Assembly: GCA_964270895.1 (NCBI GenBank)
Contig: OZ185435.1
From: Podarcis filfolensis
Lineage: Eukaryota
DNA length: 64,000 nt
Strand: one strand, 5' to 3'
Below the pieces are notes generated by a model that was not told where the DNA came from, made no database searches, and saw only the letters and a list, made by a program, of their open reading frames with translations. The position numbers and the translations under genes are program-made. Each line of letters starts with the position of its first letter. Position 1 is the stretch's first letter. This document shows positions 14,484-27,400 of the stretch, in pieces.

Positions 14484-17400
14484 TTATGTCTCTTCAGAAT
14501 CAGAACTAGATCCCTCTTCTACTTTGCTTATGAAAGTCCCATCTAGGCCATGAATCAAAGTCTTGGTGGGGTTCAGTAGCACAGCTGAAAGAGATGTCTT
14601 CTTAGAGACAGCGCTCATGGAGTCTTCAGTGTTTGTGGATAATACAGCAATCAAGTTATGATATAATAAAGCAACTTTCTGGAAAGATGTAGTTGATTCA
14701 AGAAACTGGCTAAAAGGTGAGTCCCTTTGCTGTACAGCTGTCAGGTCAAACCATGGGAAAGTACTAGGGGAACAGAAAACATTTATATATAGGTCACTGA
14801 ATACATATTCAAAACCAAATTCTTGTGGGAGTGGTGCATCCAAAATGCTATGCAAAGAATTAATGTAGTATAGAATTCTATGATGTCACCACAGTAGGCT
14901 GTTTTTTCCCCAGTTAGGTCTGTTATCAACTGTAGGGAGTGAGAATGAATTTCACAATGAGAACAGCAGTTGTTGTTTTATGCTGCTATGTGCCATGGAA
15001 TATAAGTCTCTACATATTTAGCCAGTCTCGTATATTCATGTAAATGTGTTTTAGCATACCAGGTAAAGTAATATGTTATGTTTAAACTCTAAACAGAGAA
15101 TCTTACACAGTCTTTTCTAGGAGAGAAAAAGAGAATCATATTTTATAAAGGGTCAAAGGGCCTGGGGCAACTTCCGCACATATAAATGCCACCATTCTAT
15201 CCTTATAATTTTGTTGTTATAGAGGTCTTGCAGATAAAAATGGGAAGATTTCATATTTAACTTGCTAACCACTTTTCTTTCTTTCTTTCTATGCAAGGGC
15301 TGCTAAAAGAAAACAAGACAAAAGAACAGAATGTACTGCACAGCTTGGAAGCTGCCTTCTCCTGGTCAGTCCACAACAGAGATGGCATTAAATGCATTTG
15401 ATGGGTTGTATTCAACATAGCGCTAAGGTGAACATTCCATCAATGCAAGGATTTCTCCCTGTGCAACAAAACATACCCATCCCCTTTCTCCATGCATCCC
15501 CTAAATCTGTGCTGGAGGTTTTCCCAACCCTCGTGAGCAGATGCATGGGGCATGTGCAGAGAGAGGAACGGAAATCCTATTGTGCTAGTACAAGTATTTA
15601 GTTGAATGTCACCTTAATGTTTCTTCCCTTTTAGCAATAACAGTCAGTAGAAGCTTACCTCTTTAAGCCAATAACAGTCTGGATGGGGATTTTCAGCAGA
15701 ACTGAAGCATGGGGAAAGGTAGCATCCATTCTTGCACACCAGAGTCCCATGCCAGTGCTGCATATACTTAGTGGCCATGGCAATGGTATAGCAACCCCAC
15801 ACACAATCAGGACTATACACAGGATGCGTGACTTTTCAATGTTAGGAACTCACTGCCACGTGGAAACATTTCCAACAACTTCCACGCAACTGCCTAACTT
15901 TAGGTTTAACTCTGTCTCAAGCAGACACTAACCCCAGATGTTAAACTAACCAGTTGTATAAACTCTATGTCTTCTGGAAGTTTAAACTGAGTAGGGTTTG
16001 GAGAACAAGAAAATGGTGGGGTTGGGTCATCAGAATTGAAGAACATAGGGTTCTTTTACTTAGAAAGCATGTTTCTAATTCAGTATCATGCACAGATGAA
16101 GCTCCATCCACTTTTTAAAATGCTCAATAGGTCAAGAGTAAATACTATTTCCAGTTTGTCATACTTACTTATTACATTGCAGGGTGGAAGCGAAGGCTTG
16201 GTTGATGAAGTTTTCACAAACTAGCTCTGGCGATTCCGATCTATTATCTAAGGAGGTGGTGCTAGCTTTTGCAGGAAAACACGCTTCATTGAGGAAGAGC
16301 AGGGCTCTCATGTAGGTTACACGCTGCCATGTGTAGCTATTTAGAGCTGCATAGAAAACTGCTGCCATCCACTTTGTATTGACAACAATTTCCGCTGTAA
16401 GATAACACAAATGTTATATTAGACATGCAAAGCGTTTAGTTCACCATACTTTTAGGCAGCCCTTAAGCCAAACTTTCCTGTCAATTTGTGACCCTTCTCA
16501 CTGGTGAGGGATTGCCATTGTCTGAGGCCCTTTCCCGCACCTTTTTGGGGAAAACATATAAGACCTGCACAAGCAAGATCATGAATGGGAATTGGGCTGA
16601 GAGAATACCTGCATCTCTCCTCCTGTCCATGGATGCAGACTCTGACCTGACAGGCAGCTAAATGAGTCAAGAATAAAATGGTTGACTTCTGAGGCAGCTA
16701 CTACTTCAGGATTACAGGTGGATGAATCACATTTTTAAAATCTTCTGTTGAAACAAGTCCTTGTACATAGAAAACTAGCGCTGCAAGGAGCTCAGTTGCC
16801 TTTTGCAAATATGCTACTTCTTTATTTATTGGAAGCTTTAAAAAAATAATAATGGGGGAAGCATGAACCAAAATAATCTCTCTCACTTCCAGCCCACTCT
16901 CCTATCTCATTCTGCTGCATGTGTGGTTTGAGTCTCAGAGGTAGGCATGTGATGCTGGTGCCACTTTTTCCAAGCTGATGGCAGCCAGCTATAATGGATG
17001 GTGCACCTGCATCTGAGACTCCATTTCTGGGCTGGAGTGAAAAATTATAAGGGGCAGTGCTAAAAAAAATGAAATGTTTAGGGTTACTCTCATTTTAACT
17101 CAAGAAAATCACCATTTTATAGTTCAAATCAGGAAAAATAAATACAGTAAATGGACAAAAACACAAAGATTCACAAAATGTTTGGGGGTATGCGTATCCG
17201 TGCGTACCCCCAGAAAAAAAGCACTGAGAAGGGGTAATTGACCAAAGCAGGGACAGAGGACAGACCTCTGGTGGTAGAGAGCGAGAGAAAAGAAAGCTGT
17301 GGAATGGGGGGGAGTAGAAACATTAACAGAAATGAGGTTCAAACATCCAAGACTAAAAAAGAAAATGGTTAAAACTGTAGCAAAAGTGAACTTTGCTTTT

Positions 17401-20400
17401 AACAGCAGGTGGGCTGAACAAAATATTCAGATACAAACGTTAAGTATTGGAAATGCTCAGATATAATCATTCATTTGCCACATATAGCGGGGAGATGTCA
17501 GAAGGCCTCCTATGTTTTTGGAGGATGGTTTGTTTTGTGCATCTTGATCCAGGACATGGCAAATGAACCTATTTCACCTCCTCCCTGCATACAGATACAA
17601 AAGCTGGGCTTTGATTATAAGAGGTGAACATTAAATTAACCACATAACAATAACCAAGCTCTCTTCTTCATACAGGCTGCAAAGTGAAGAAAGATAGTTC
17701 ACCTACCATTAGGGTTACAGGGACATGTGGCTTGGATAACAGCTGGGTCTTTGAGGGCTTCCACAACTGTCCTGCTGGCCTCCCACATCTGAAAAAGTCC
17801 ACTCTCCACAAACTTGTACTGTGGCCTCAAGATGTTATTGGAGGAAAGAAGTTGTTTCAGCCTAAAAGCAAATAAGAGCAGAGTTAATCAGATGGACTTT
17901 GGTCTGAGAGGCAAGCAGGCAGAAGAAGAATGATAAAACGTGTTCTATAGCTCATTATGGAAAATCACATTGACAAAGGCTCAGACACTACAGCGCCATC
18001 TGGTGTCGTATGTTTAACAATATCATTGCCTGAATGTAGCTGAGTCCCCTATTACATGCCTTCAAAATGCATTCATTGAATGTGTGTGGGCTCACTGGAC
18101 TGGATTGTACTCACTGTCCCCAATTTCTACATGTTGTTGCTGCTGTAGTTATTCATTTATATACCCCTTAATGCCAAAACAGGGTTCTAAGTGGTTTACA
18201 AGTCTAAAAATCAGTTGCACAAGCATTGAAATATAAATGATTAAAATTCACAATAAAAATCCCATTAAACACTGAAACATAAACTCATCATTAAAATATA
18301 CAATAAATCAATCCCATTAAAACAACACACTGATTAAATATTCGGTAGAAGATATGGGTGGATCCTGGTACTATGAAAATGATATGTTTGCAATCACCAT
18401 TCCCGACATCCTTAAGAAAACTCACAATACAGGCCAGAATGGTCATTCTTTAATGTGACAATCTCTGAGCAATGTGGGGTTTTAGAGGTTCAAGCTTGTA
18501 CCGTGGTTGTGGTGAGTGAGCAAGTGTGTGTCATAGTATAAGCAGTTAAGAAACCAAACACATCTTTCTGAAGGTCTGGTAGTGTGCCCTGCTTAAGTTA
18601 CACTGGAAAAACTTCAAACATGGCTTTCCTTATAACCCAGAATGTACATGTTTTGCATCTAATAGCACAGACTAAACACTGTCACACACCTAATTCTAAT
18701 ACCAGCTGTGCAATCTTGGGGGAAATGTGCATAGGATTGCGGTCCCAAGCTATAATTTGATGCACGGTTAGTTGGGAGAGTTTCCTTGAGAACTGAATGG
18801 GACTTGCTTCTGAGTAAACATGCATAGATTTGCACTGCTAGTCTCAGAATTCTAAAATATAATATGAGCAAAATCCTTAGATCTAGTTCCCAAGTAAAGC
18901 AGATAGTACTAGGAAGGGTCACCTTGAATAGGTTCATCACAACTTTGACACCAGCAGTTGCTTAACTCAGAGGAAATAGTTACTTGTTGCTTTTAAGTTG
19001 TGTCACACAATTGGATGATATCTTCAAATTAAGCTAGCTCTGACGTTTTAATGCACAGTACCTGGGCAGAGGGATAGCTGTGACCAGGCTGTAGATAATG
19101 CAACATTTTGTAAGTGCATCCTGGATTTCTGCACAAACGTGTGGGAGGTGAGATGGAAGACAGCAGAGAAATACAGCATCTGCCCAGCCCACCAGCTTCC
19201 TGTTGTCATAAAAGCAGGTAACTCCCAGTGTCTCAAATTCTCCTGGAAAAGACAATGGAGAGGAAGAATAATCTCTTGTTTCCACATAAGAATGGCCACC
19301 TATTTAATACCTGAGGTTGCAACCCCATGCACTTTCAGCTAAGAGCGCAGTGGTGCTCTCACCCAAGCACAGAGGGATTTGTTTCTGAGTAAACCTAATT
19401 AGGACAGCACTTCAAGGTTGTGTGATCACTTGGTTTGTATAGCATACACCGTTCCAATAATCTGAAGTGGGTACCAAACAGAATGCTGATTATTGTATCC
19501 TACCTTTCTCTACTATTAAAAGCCAGTTTCAGTAAAAAGCTTCTTCCATCATCACTTCCAGATGATTTGCAGCCTCTGCTTCCTCGGGAGGTGTATAGCA
19601 TAGTTACAGAGAAGCCACTAAGAACATCTCTAGGTATGCCGTTATACCACATAGTGTACTTATGAGGATGTTTTCCATCTGTCTTAATGTAGAGGGCATT
19701 GGGATGGAGTTAATGTCTGTAATTTCTTTTTGAATACATTAACATGAAAGAAAATGGGCCACAACAGTGATGCGAGATGACTTCATTATAGCCAAGTCCT
19801 CTCATTTTATGACACTTTGAGAACTTTGCATAATGACCACAGATAGCTGTCATACACCACAGTTCTTCTGGGCCATGGAGGACTGAAGCCTCTGTCCCAG
19901 AAAAAATGCAAAAAAATAATAATCACCTGGCACTATTTCAAAAACTCTGATTTAAAGTCTATAATTCGAGAATCGCCAAACCTCAGAAACTGGCCACCTT
20001 TCAAAAACTATAAAAAGACTTTTAATATTCCTCCTCTTTATCTTCAGGGATGATTATTGGAAAGGATTTCATTGTTCTAAGCTTCCCTCCATCTAGTTAT
20101 TTCCTGTGTGTTTACCATTCATTTGGAATAAAGACCTCTACCTAGACCTCCACCTGGATCTCTAGGCAGGAGTGCACCTAAATTTTGTGATTACTAAATT
20201 GATTGCTGAATGCCTGTCAAGCACCTGAGTCTTACCCAGAGTTTCTGGACGCCTTGTAGATATCTGGATGCTCTTTCCTGACATGCCACCCAGATGCAAC
20301 ATTGTCCTGGCCAGCTGTTTCCCAATATGGCCTCCACCAATAATCCCAAGCTTCAGGCCTTGGCTGTCACCCTCTCTTTTCTGCCTGAGGAAGAACATAA

Positions 20401-20756
20401 ATGGCAGTGTCATTCATTCGTTTTATTTGTAGGCTGCTTTTACATGCACAAAAATGCTAAAAGTAGCCTGCAACAAGAAAACAGGAAGGCATCTCACAAA
20501 CAATTTCATAATAACATAGCAAAACAACACAACAGCAAATATAATACCATATGAAAAATGTCAATACTATAAATACAATGAGATTACACAAGCAACATCC
20601 AGCACCCAATAGCAAAAATAAAAAGCAACTCTACAATTCTATGATTCTATGTGATTTTCATCCCTCTTTAATATCCATTACAAACAATGTCTTGCATCAT
20701 GGACAGATCAATAAACTCAAACTGTTGAAATAAAATAATAATAATAAGAAGAAGAA

Positions 20757-20805
<49 letters not shown>

Positions 20806-21229
20806 TGCCCTCCCCAGCTGAAGACGGGCTCAGAGTGGCTAACAACAGTAAAATAATACAGCATTCTAAAATCAATTCATTATAAAAACAGAAGGAGGAA
20901 AGCTGCACAAGTCAGAATGAAGTCTTAAGATAAAAGTGTGTGAGGTCCCTTTATGCTTTGCCCATGTAGACCACAGACTGAGAAAAAGGGAAGAAAGTGG
21001 TGTTCCATTAATATAATGCAGCTTTAATCCACAGCAGGAAATCTTACAGGAATGATTTTTGTTCCTTACTTTACCTGGTGGCTTGGAGCAGTCTGCAGAA
21101 GAAGAATGCGTGGGCACAGGCAGTCACTGTCAGTCCTTTGGCACGGCATTTTAAGCTCATCAGGGGCTCATGTATCCCTGCTCCATAGTCGGGCTGAAAG
21201 GTCTTCAGGTTTGCCATAATATCATCCAT
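14484..21229 (-). CDS. NOXRED1: NOXRED1, NADP-dependent oxidoreductase domain protein 1 (P5CR-like Rossmann fold), 6 coding exons, 381 aa
   Basis: Exons 21229-21075, 20384-20236, 19242-19062, 17861-17707, 16394-16169, 14763-14484 total 1146 nt in frame with GT-AG junctions. Motifs: [15 protein letters not shown] (dinucleotide binding), [32 protein letters not shown]. The start is uncertain because in-frame ATGs also occur at 21295 and 21361. Confidence 0.92.
17055..17226. mobile_element. hAT-type MITE, same family as 6303-6447, opposite orientation
   Basis: CAGTGCT...AAAAAAAGCACTG termini, shared internal text (GATTCACAAAATGTTT.GGGGT), TSD ATAAGGGG/AGAAGGGG (7 of 8 match). Confidence 0.75.
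18700..18840. mobile_element. Palindromic short interspersed repeat (probable MITE); related copies near 19330-19410 and 29820-29910
   Basis: The motifs CATAGGATTGC and GACTTGCTTCTGAGTAAACATGCATAG recur as TTTCTGAGTAAAC (19382) and, reverse-complemented, as CATTTACTCAGAAATAAG (29840). Boundaries are approximate. Confidence 0.5.
20761..20850 (-). repeat. (TA)21 microsatellite forming the tail of a truncated non-LTR retroposon 3' end
   Basis: A pure TA run at 20761-20802 adjoins minus-strand GTTAGCCACTCTGAGCCCGTCTTCAGCTGGGGAGGGCAGGATA, which looks like a LINE/SINE tail. Confidence 0.7.
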
Positions 21230-22535
21230 CTTGAGCTTGAACAGAAACCTTCTGTGGTGAGTGGCAGCTGCAATAGTGGCAGAATAGTCATCCATTTCCA
21301 ACTGCTCTGTGGTGACCACCCTTTCTGCAAGGGTGAAATCAACTATTGTGCATGTGGCCATTCTTGTGTGTCACCCAGAGCCTTGGGTACTTTTGCCTTT
21401 AGTCAACAGCACAGGGAAACAGCCCAGAACGAGAAACAAACTTCTCTGCCACAAACTCTGTGTTTCCAACAAAAGGGGGAGACCTCCAGACATTAACTCT
21501 GTGGCTATTTGCACAGCTCTTGGGAATGAATGGAGTGGATGTCCCTTGTCCTTCAGCCCATGCTCGGTTCAAAATATAGCCTTAAGAAAAGTAAAAAAAG
21601 AAACTAGCTACTGATCAAAGTCATCAATTTGCCATCAAGAGGATAGTAATATTGAAATGTAAGGACCTAGCTTGTCCTGTTGAACCATTGATGGCCATGA
21701 GAAGCAAAGTTGCCTTCGCCTGGCACAAGAAAGGGGGAAAGAAAAAAGACTCTCACCCAATTACCAGCTTTCACATCTGCTGAAAGAAACAGGCAGCTGT
21801 AGTGCACAGCATCCCATCCTTTTTCACTCCAAAAGCTTCTGGGTCCTGCTCAACTGCCATGCTATCAAACAAAACCACCGTCGTCATGGCAAATGCCTGG
21901 TAACTGAACCTTGTTTCTAGAACCCATTTTTGCACGTGATGACTTCATAATTGCTGCCTTTAAAGGGGACAGCAAATCATTTCCCTCCCTACAGGGAATC
22001 TGAGCAACTCCTTAAAAGGTACAGACTACTTTGAACTGTCTTATATGAACTTTCCAGAGCTTTAGACATCTCTATTTGAATCTGCTTTGATACCGTGTGT
22101 TGAAAATTGTTAGTGTATGAACAGCTGTTATGACTGGAGAGTCTAAGGTGGCTGACTTTCTCTACTCTTACAATATATGCTTATGTGTGTAGGGAAAATT
22201 CTAAACTAAATTCAATTTACTTTAAAAATGACTCTTGCATTAAATTATGCGTTCCAGACTAATTGTCCCTTGTATCCTTTGGGGTTGAAGTGTCTTCCAA
22301 GACAGGAACATTTATATCCTTGACTTTTAACGCATAAGAAATTATGAGGGCAACCTATAAAAAGCAAAACTTCCTGCCTTATTTTTCATCTTAAAGCAAA
22401 ACAGGGGAAATGAATGCAGTTACCTAAAAATATAAACTTTAAAACCAGGCATACCAGAATTGGCCAATTGACACATGTGGTACTAGCTTACGTATAAACC
22501 ATACATTAAAGCTGTTCTCTTCATATACTCTAAAG

Positions 22536-22663
22536 CAGCCTTTCTCAACCTTGGATCCCCAGATGTTCTTGGACTACAACTTCCATGAACACTGACCACT
22601 GGCCCTGATGGCTAGGAATGATGGGAACTGTAGTCCCACAACAGCTGGGGTCAAAAAAGGCTG
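22536..22663. mobile_element. hAT (Charlie-like) MITE, 128 bp
   Basis: TIRs CAGCCTTT...AAAGGCTG, internal palindrome GGACTACAAC...CTGTAGTCC, perfect TSD CTCTAAAG (22528-22535, 22664-22671). Confidence 0.85.
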
Positions 22664-22806
22664 CTCTAAAGGAACATCGGAAAATAGTCAGTGTTAAAGC
22701 TTGCTTCTAGTGGTTAGATGGGAGTTTGAATCATCTCTCCCAGTTCCAAGTTCAACAGCTTACTGCTTTGCATGGCCTGGCAGGAATATGCAAACAGGAT
22801 GTGCAA

Positions 22807-22976
22807 GGGTAGTAGAGCAGTTGGTTTCCATGAAGAAAGTCCACAGTTAGAGTCCCTGGCTTCTCCAGGTAAGGCTAGGAAAGACACTCTGAAACCATGG
22901 AGAACTGCTGCCAGTCAAGTGTAGGTAATACTGAGCTATATGGACCACTGGTCTGACTCAGGATAAAGCAGCTTCC
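22807..22976 (+). mobile_element. tRNA-derived SINE, degenerate copy
   Basis: Aligns by eye with 26911-27097 (CTCCAGGTA.GGCT.GGAA...CTGAAACC.TGGAGA.CTGCTGCCAGTCA.GTGTAG...CTGAG.TA.ATGGAC). Confidence 0.75.
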
Positions 22977-23047
22977 AATACATGGGCAAGTGAATTCTTT
23001 TGAGTCCAGCGTGAATCAACATCACTATACTGAAATGCCTGTGGCAC

Positions 23048-23105
23048 CATAGAGTTGGAAGAGACCCTGAGGGCAATCTAGTCCAGCCCCTGCAATGCAG
23101 GAATC
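23048..23105 (-). mobile_element. CR1 LINE extreme 3' fragment; a similar fragment lies at about 33770-33820
   Basis: AGAGTTGGAAG.GACCC...TAGTCCAGCCCCTGCAATGCAGGAAT is the reverse complement of the end of the CR1 copy at 37820-37890. Confidence 0.65.
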
Positions 23106-24490
23106 TCAACACCCATTACCTTATCCTATATGTACCCCACTTGACTGCTTTGATTGGTGGACTGGCACTACAGGTGCCCACATACCCATTCTGCATTTGT
23201 AAGAACTTGATCCTTTAAAGTGACAGTGCCTATACTTTGGAACTCCCTATTGAGATCAAGCAGGAATCTTCACTGCACTCTTTAGATAAGTATGCACACT
23301 TGAGGCTATTGCTCGTTTGTTACTATGTTATGCATTTTTTGTGTTCTTAAACCACCCTGTGATCCTTGGATGAAGGGCCGTATACGAATTTAATACATAA
23401 CAATAATAATAAAACAACACCCAGATGCTTAGAAAGTTGAGGTAATATTAATGTGTTTTAGTATTTAAACTTTTGTATGTTTTGTAGTTGGGTTTTTCTT
23501 GATTTTTCTGTTTTATATTTTGTAGGGGTTTTTTTTAAAAAATATTGAGTGGTGTTTTAATATAAACATAAATATAAATATAAAAGTATGTATGTCCTCT
23601 CACTGAAGAGTCACAGTGGACAAAAATGCTTTGGAGTCCCTAGATAATATTTTCCCATTTTACTTATAATCCCTTGAGGGTACAACCCCAAGATAACCCC
23701 AGCTGGCTATTCTACTTTTGCAAGATAAAAAAAGCAAGAAAATACATTGCAGTCACACAGAGGGAGGCAAAGCTTTATTTACAGGAATGGAAAAAATGAA
23801 GGAGAAAGAGGGCAGAAGAGAAAGGGATCCAGGCCTGTGGTACATTTTATGAAATAAGTACCACAGAACAAGTAGTCTTATTAGCCCTTGCTGAGGGAAA
23901 ATGCAACCATTGTCCAAGAAGCATATTAGTCAGTCTCCAACTAGAATTGGTTTTATGTTCTCCTTGGCCTAAAGGCAAGTGGTTATTATACAATGATCTG
24001 GGGAGAAGAACACGGGTGGGGTTAGATCGCCTTGAAGAATCTCTATACAGCCCTTCCTCAGTTAAATAAAAGTCCCAATTATCTTGAGTTTCAATCCTAT
24101 CAAAGCAGTCACTGTCCCGCACTTTGGACCTGGATAACATGAAAGGACTGGAAACAATTCCTATAAATAACAATTTCACAGGGAGCCATCCTTCCTGACT
24201 CAGATGAACAGATAGTCTGCAAGAAGTGTTTAGGTGCCAGCTTTACTTTTCTCATTTATGCAATCATGTTCTATTCATCATATGGTCAAGTTGAAAAGAG
24301 AGTGCTGGATTTCAGCTTTTTAGCTTTGGTTCTGTTGGCTGAACATCTCCTTTGGGTTCTGTCCCAGGATCCAAAAGCAGAGCTAGCTACAATCTGGGCA
24401 GTGGATTAAAACCAATGCAGAGCTATGTTTGGCAGCTTGCCTTCATTGTTCCAGTAAAATCAGGCTTCTTCCATGATGAGTGAGCAGCTC

Positions 24491-27400
24491 TCAATTCTTC
24501 CATCGGATTTGCTGAAAGAGAAACAGAATGATATATGGCTAGTTTCAAATATCATCACACCTCCCGGCTGTCTGGACAACAGCCAGTGAACCTACACCTG
24601 TCAAAACAGATGGGGAGAGAGGACTCCATACTCAATTTGTGAGAAAACAATGGGAGTAAAATTATATATTTTAATCTTTTAACCAAAATAGAGATATTAG
24701 ACTTTACTTTCAGTGCAGCTAAGTAACAATCCAGTAGAAACAGAAGAGCCAAATGAAAGCCAGCAATCTTGGGTTAATGCTTGAAATGGATTAATAAAAA
24801 ACCCACATTAGAAGCCCTGTTTCACACAAGCTTAAAGGACATATAGGAAAGCAAACAACAAGCAATTAACTTGCACAAATCATCTCCATTAAGTAGAAGG
24901 CAAGTTTTACTGCCATCTGTATCATTAAAGGGGATTAAGTCTTTAAGCTTCCAATTTAGGAGAAGGATTTTGTCCTGAATTTTCTTGGTTTCTAGCTGTA
25001 TACTGTTACAAGTCACGACTACATTGTAAATTGGAAATGAAATTGAATCTGAAAGGTAGATTTGGATTTCTGGAGGCAGCAGGGGGAAAGATGCAAGCTA
25101 ACAGTTGACTCTCAAAAGCAACTGCCTGGCATGATAAACGAACACAGATACTTGGCTTTTGTTTTGTTTTGCCCCGATATAAAAGTGATACCGCTATCTC
25201 ACAAGAGTCCCCCTTACAAAAAGAAAAAAGTTGGCATGTGGTATGAGTTTGATGATGTCTACCGCACATGAGAAAATGAAAGGATAGAGCCAACAGTAGG
25301 ATCACTAAACAGTTATCAACTGCTCTTCCCAACATCACTGCTGCTTGCCCTTATTGTTCAACCCCACTTTCTGCAACTAAATCAAAGCTGGCACCTGGAA
25401 AAAAACAGAATGAGAGCAAACCAGGGCAGTCTTTACCTGGGGGCACAAGGGATGCGGTGCACCCGGGCGCCAAATTCTGGGGGGTGGCCACCGCTGAAGC
25501 AGCCTAAGCCCTTAACCATGACCCCTGGGTGATTGCAGTTGATGGGTCGTTTCCGTTCTCTTTTGCGGAAGAGCTGCAGAATCAACTTATCTGGCGGTGC
25601 CCCCTAGTGGTGTCTTTCATTTTTGCATGATCGCAAAAATGGAAAGATGGAGTTATTGTTACCGCTTTTTATGAGTTATGAGCTGCCCCTCTATAAAAAG
25701 CTCAACAACCTTGACCTGCCCCCCCCAAAATGGGGGTGCTGGGCGGATTTTTGCATCCCTGCACTACATATGCTATAGACGGCTCTGGAGCAAACTGAAT
25801 GAGTTGTTCTTTCTTACCGGGTTGCTGAGGATGCTATCAATCTTCTCCTCTGCTGGAGAACCCCGATCAACTTTACATCTGTACGCCATCAACTGGAGAC
25901 GATCCTTCAAGTCTTTGTAGGTCTAGTTAAAAAGCAAAAGCCAGCTAAGGTACATGGCAGTCCTCTATCTCACGGTGATAGAGCATAGTTGGCCTTCTCA
26001 GTGCCTGCACTCTGGAACTCCCTCCCAGGAGACACTGACTTTGGCCTATCATTAATCGCATTCCACCATCAAATGAAGGCATTCCTTTTAGAAGGACAGC
26101 TTTTGAAACTTAGGCATCTTAAGCATTTTAACTCTGCTGGAAACTCTTACTAATAGAATTGGGTTTTGGTGGAAGAATGCGGTTTTTACTCCATTGTTCT
26201 TAGCCTTGCTGTCATCTTTATCATTTTGCTTTTGTACTATAATGTTCTTTTAATTTTCTGTTGTCTGCTAGCTGCCCTGGACTCTGCTTGATGAAAGTTG
26301 AATAGATATGCTTTAAGTAAATAAGCTGCCTGTGTGGAACCAAATGGTGAAAGGCATGTAAATGTCAGCTTGAATTAATTGGTATGAGTTGCTACATATC
26401 ACATATGCTTATGTGCTTGCTTTACAGCCTTAGCTTTTGGCATAATTGGGAGAGGGGAAGCTGTTACCCAGGCCCATTGGCTGCCTGCCAGCTATTCTGA
26501 GAGATGGATGAGAGTTGGGAACGGGCCTCTAAGGCAGGGGTGAGTTACCTGGACTATTGCTGCCAGTTTATGTGGCTTGCTTTTTGTATAACACTTAACA
26601 TATTAAACCCTCATGGATAAAGCCATGGTGCTTGCTACTTCAGCATCCATTCTGAGGTGAAGCAAGGAAGCCAGAATTGTATTGTTTTATTTGAGTCTTT
26701 TGATGTATCGCTCTATAATAAAGCACTAGGACAGATCACTCAGGTGTTCTGGGCATCTTTCTTTGGAATCCCTGCAACTGGGTCCTTAGGGGTATCAGTA
26801 AATCTTTCACGATGGTCTATATCTGGATCCTTGGGACAGAGCACTGCCCCAGTGGAGAATCAGTGCTTTCACTTCAACCTTTTTGGAAAGAAAGCAGTTC
26901 TTATCCTCTGGGGAAGAAATGTAGCTCAGGGGTAGAGCAGCTGCCTTGTATAAAACAGTTTCAACGCCGGGCATCTCCAGGTAGGGCTGGGAATGTCCTC
27001 TGTCTGAAACCCTGGAGAGCTGCTGCCAGTCAGTGTAGACAGCACTGAGATAGATGGACTAATGGTTTGACTCTGTATAAAGGCAGCGTCTTATGTCCAA
27101 GGACAGACTTCCCAGAACTGTCAGGAACAAGAGCTGCCTCCTCCCCACCACACACAGCAAGGACTCACATCTATAACAACGTCATGGCACTTGTATTTTA
27201 TTGCAAGGTTCAACTTGGTCTCAACATCTTCTACCAGGCGCACGTACTCCTGTAAGACCTGCATAAGAAAGACAGGAAGCATCAACAGAGCAGAGCTACC
27301 AAAACTACTCTTCTCCATCTCCCAAGTTTATCTGTAAACCATATTTCTCTGCACCTGCACTCCATCAAAGGGAGTTGCTTTTGCTTAAATTTATTCTTGT

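Noticed and set aside
26911-26985. tRNA gene
   Set aside because: The A box is present but the B box and cloverleaf are degenerate, and the sequence continues into a SINE body shared with 22807-22976.
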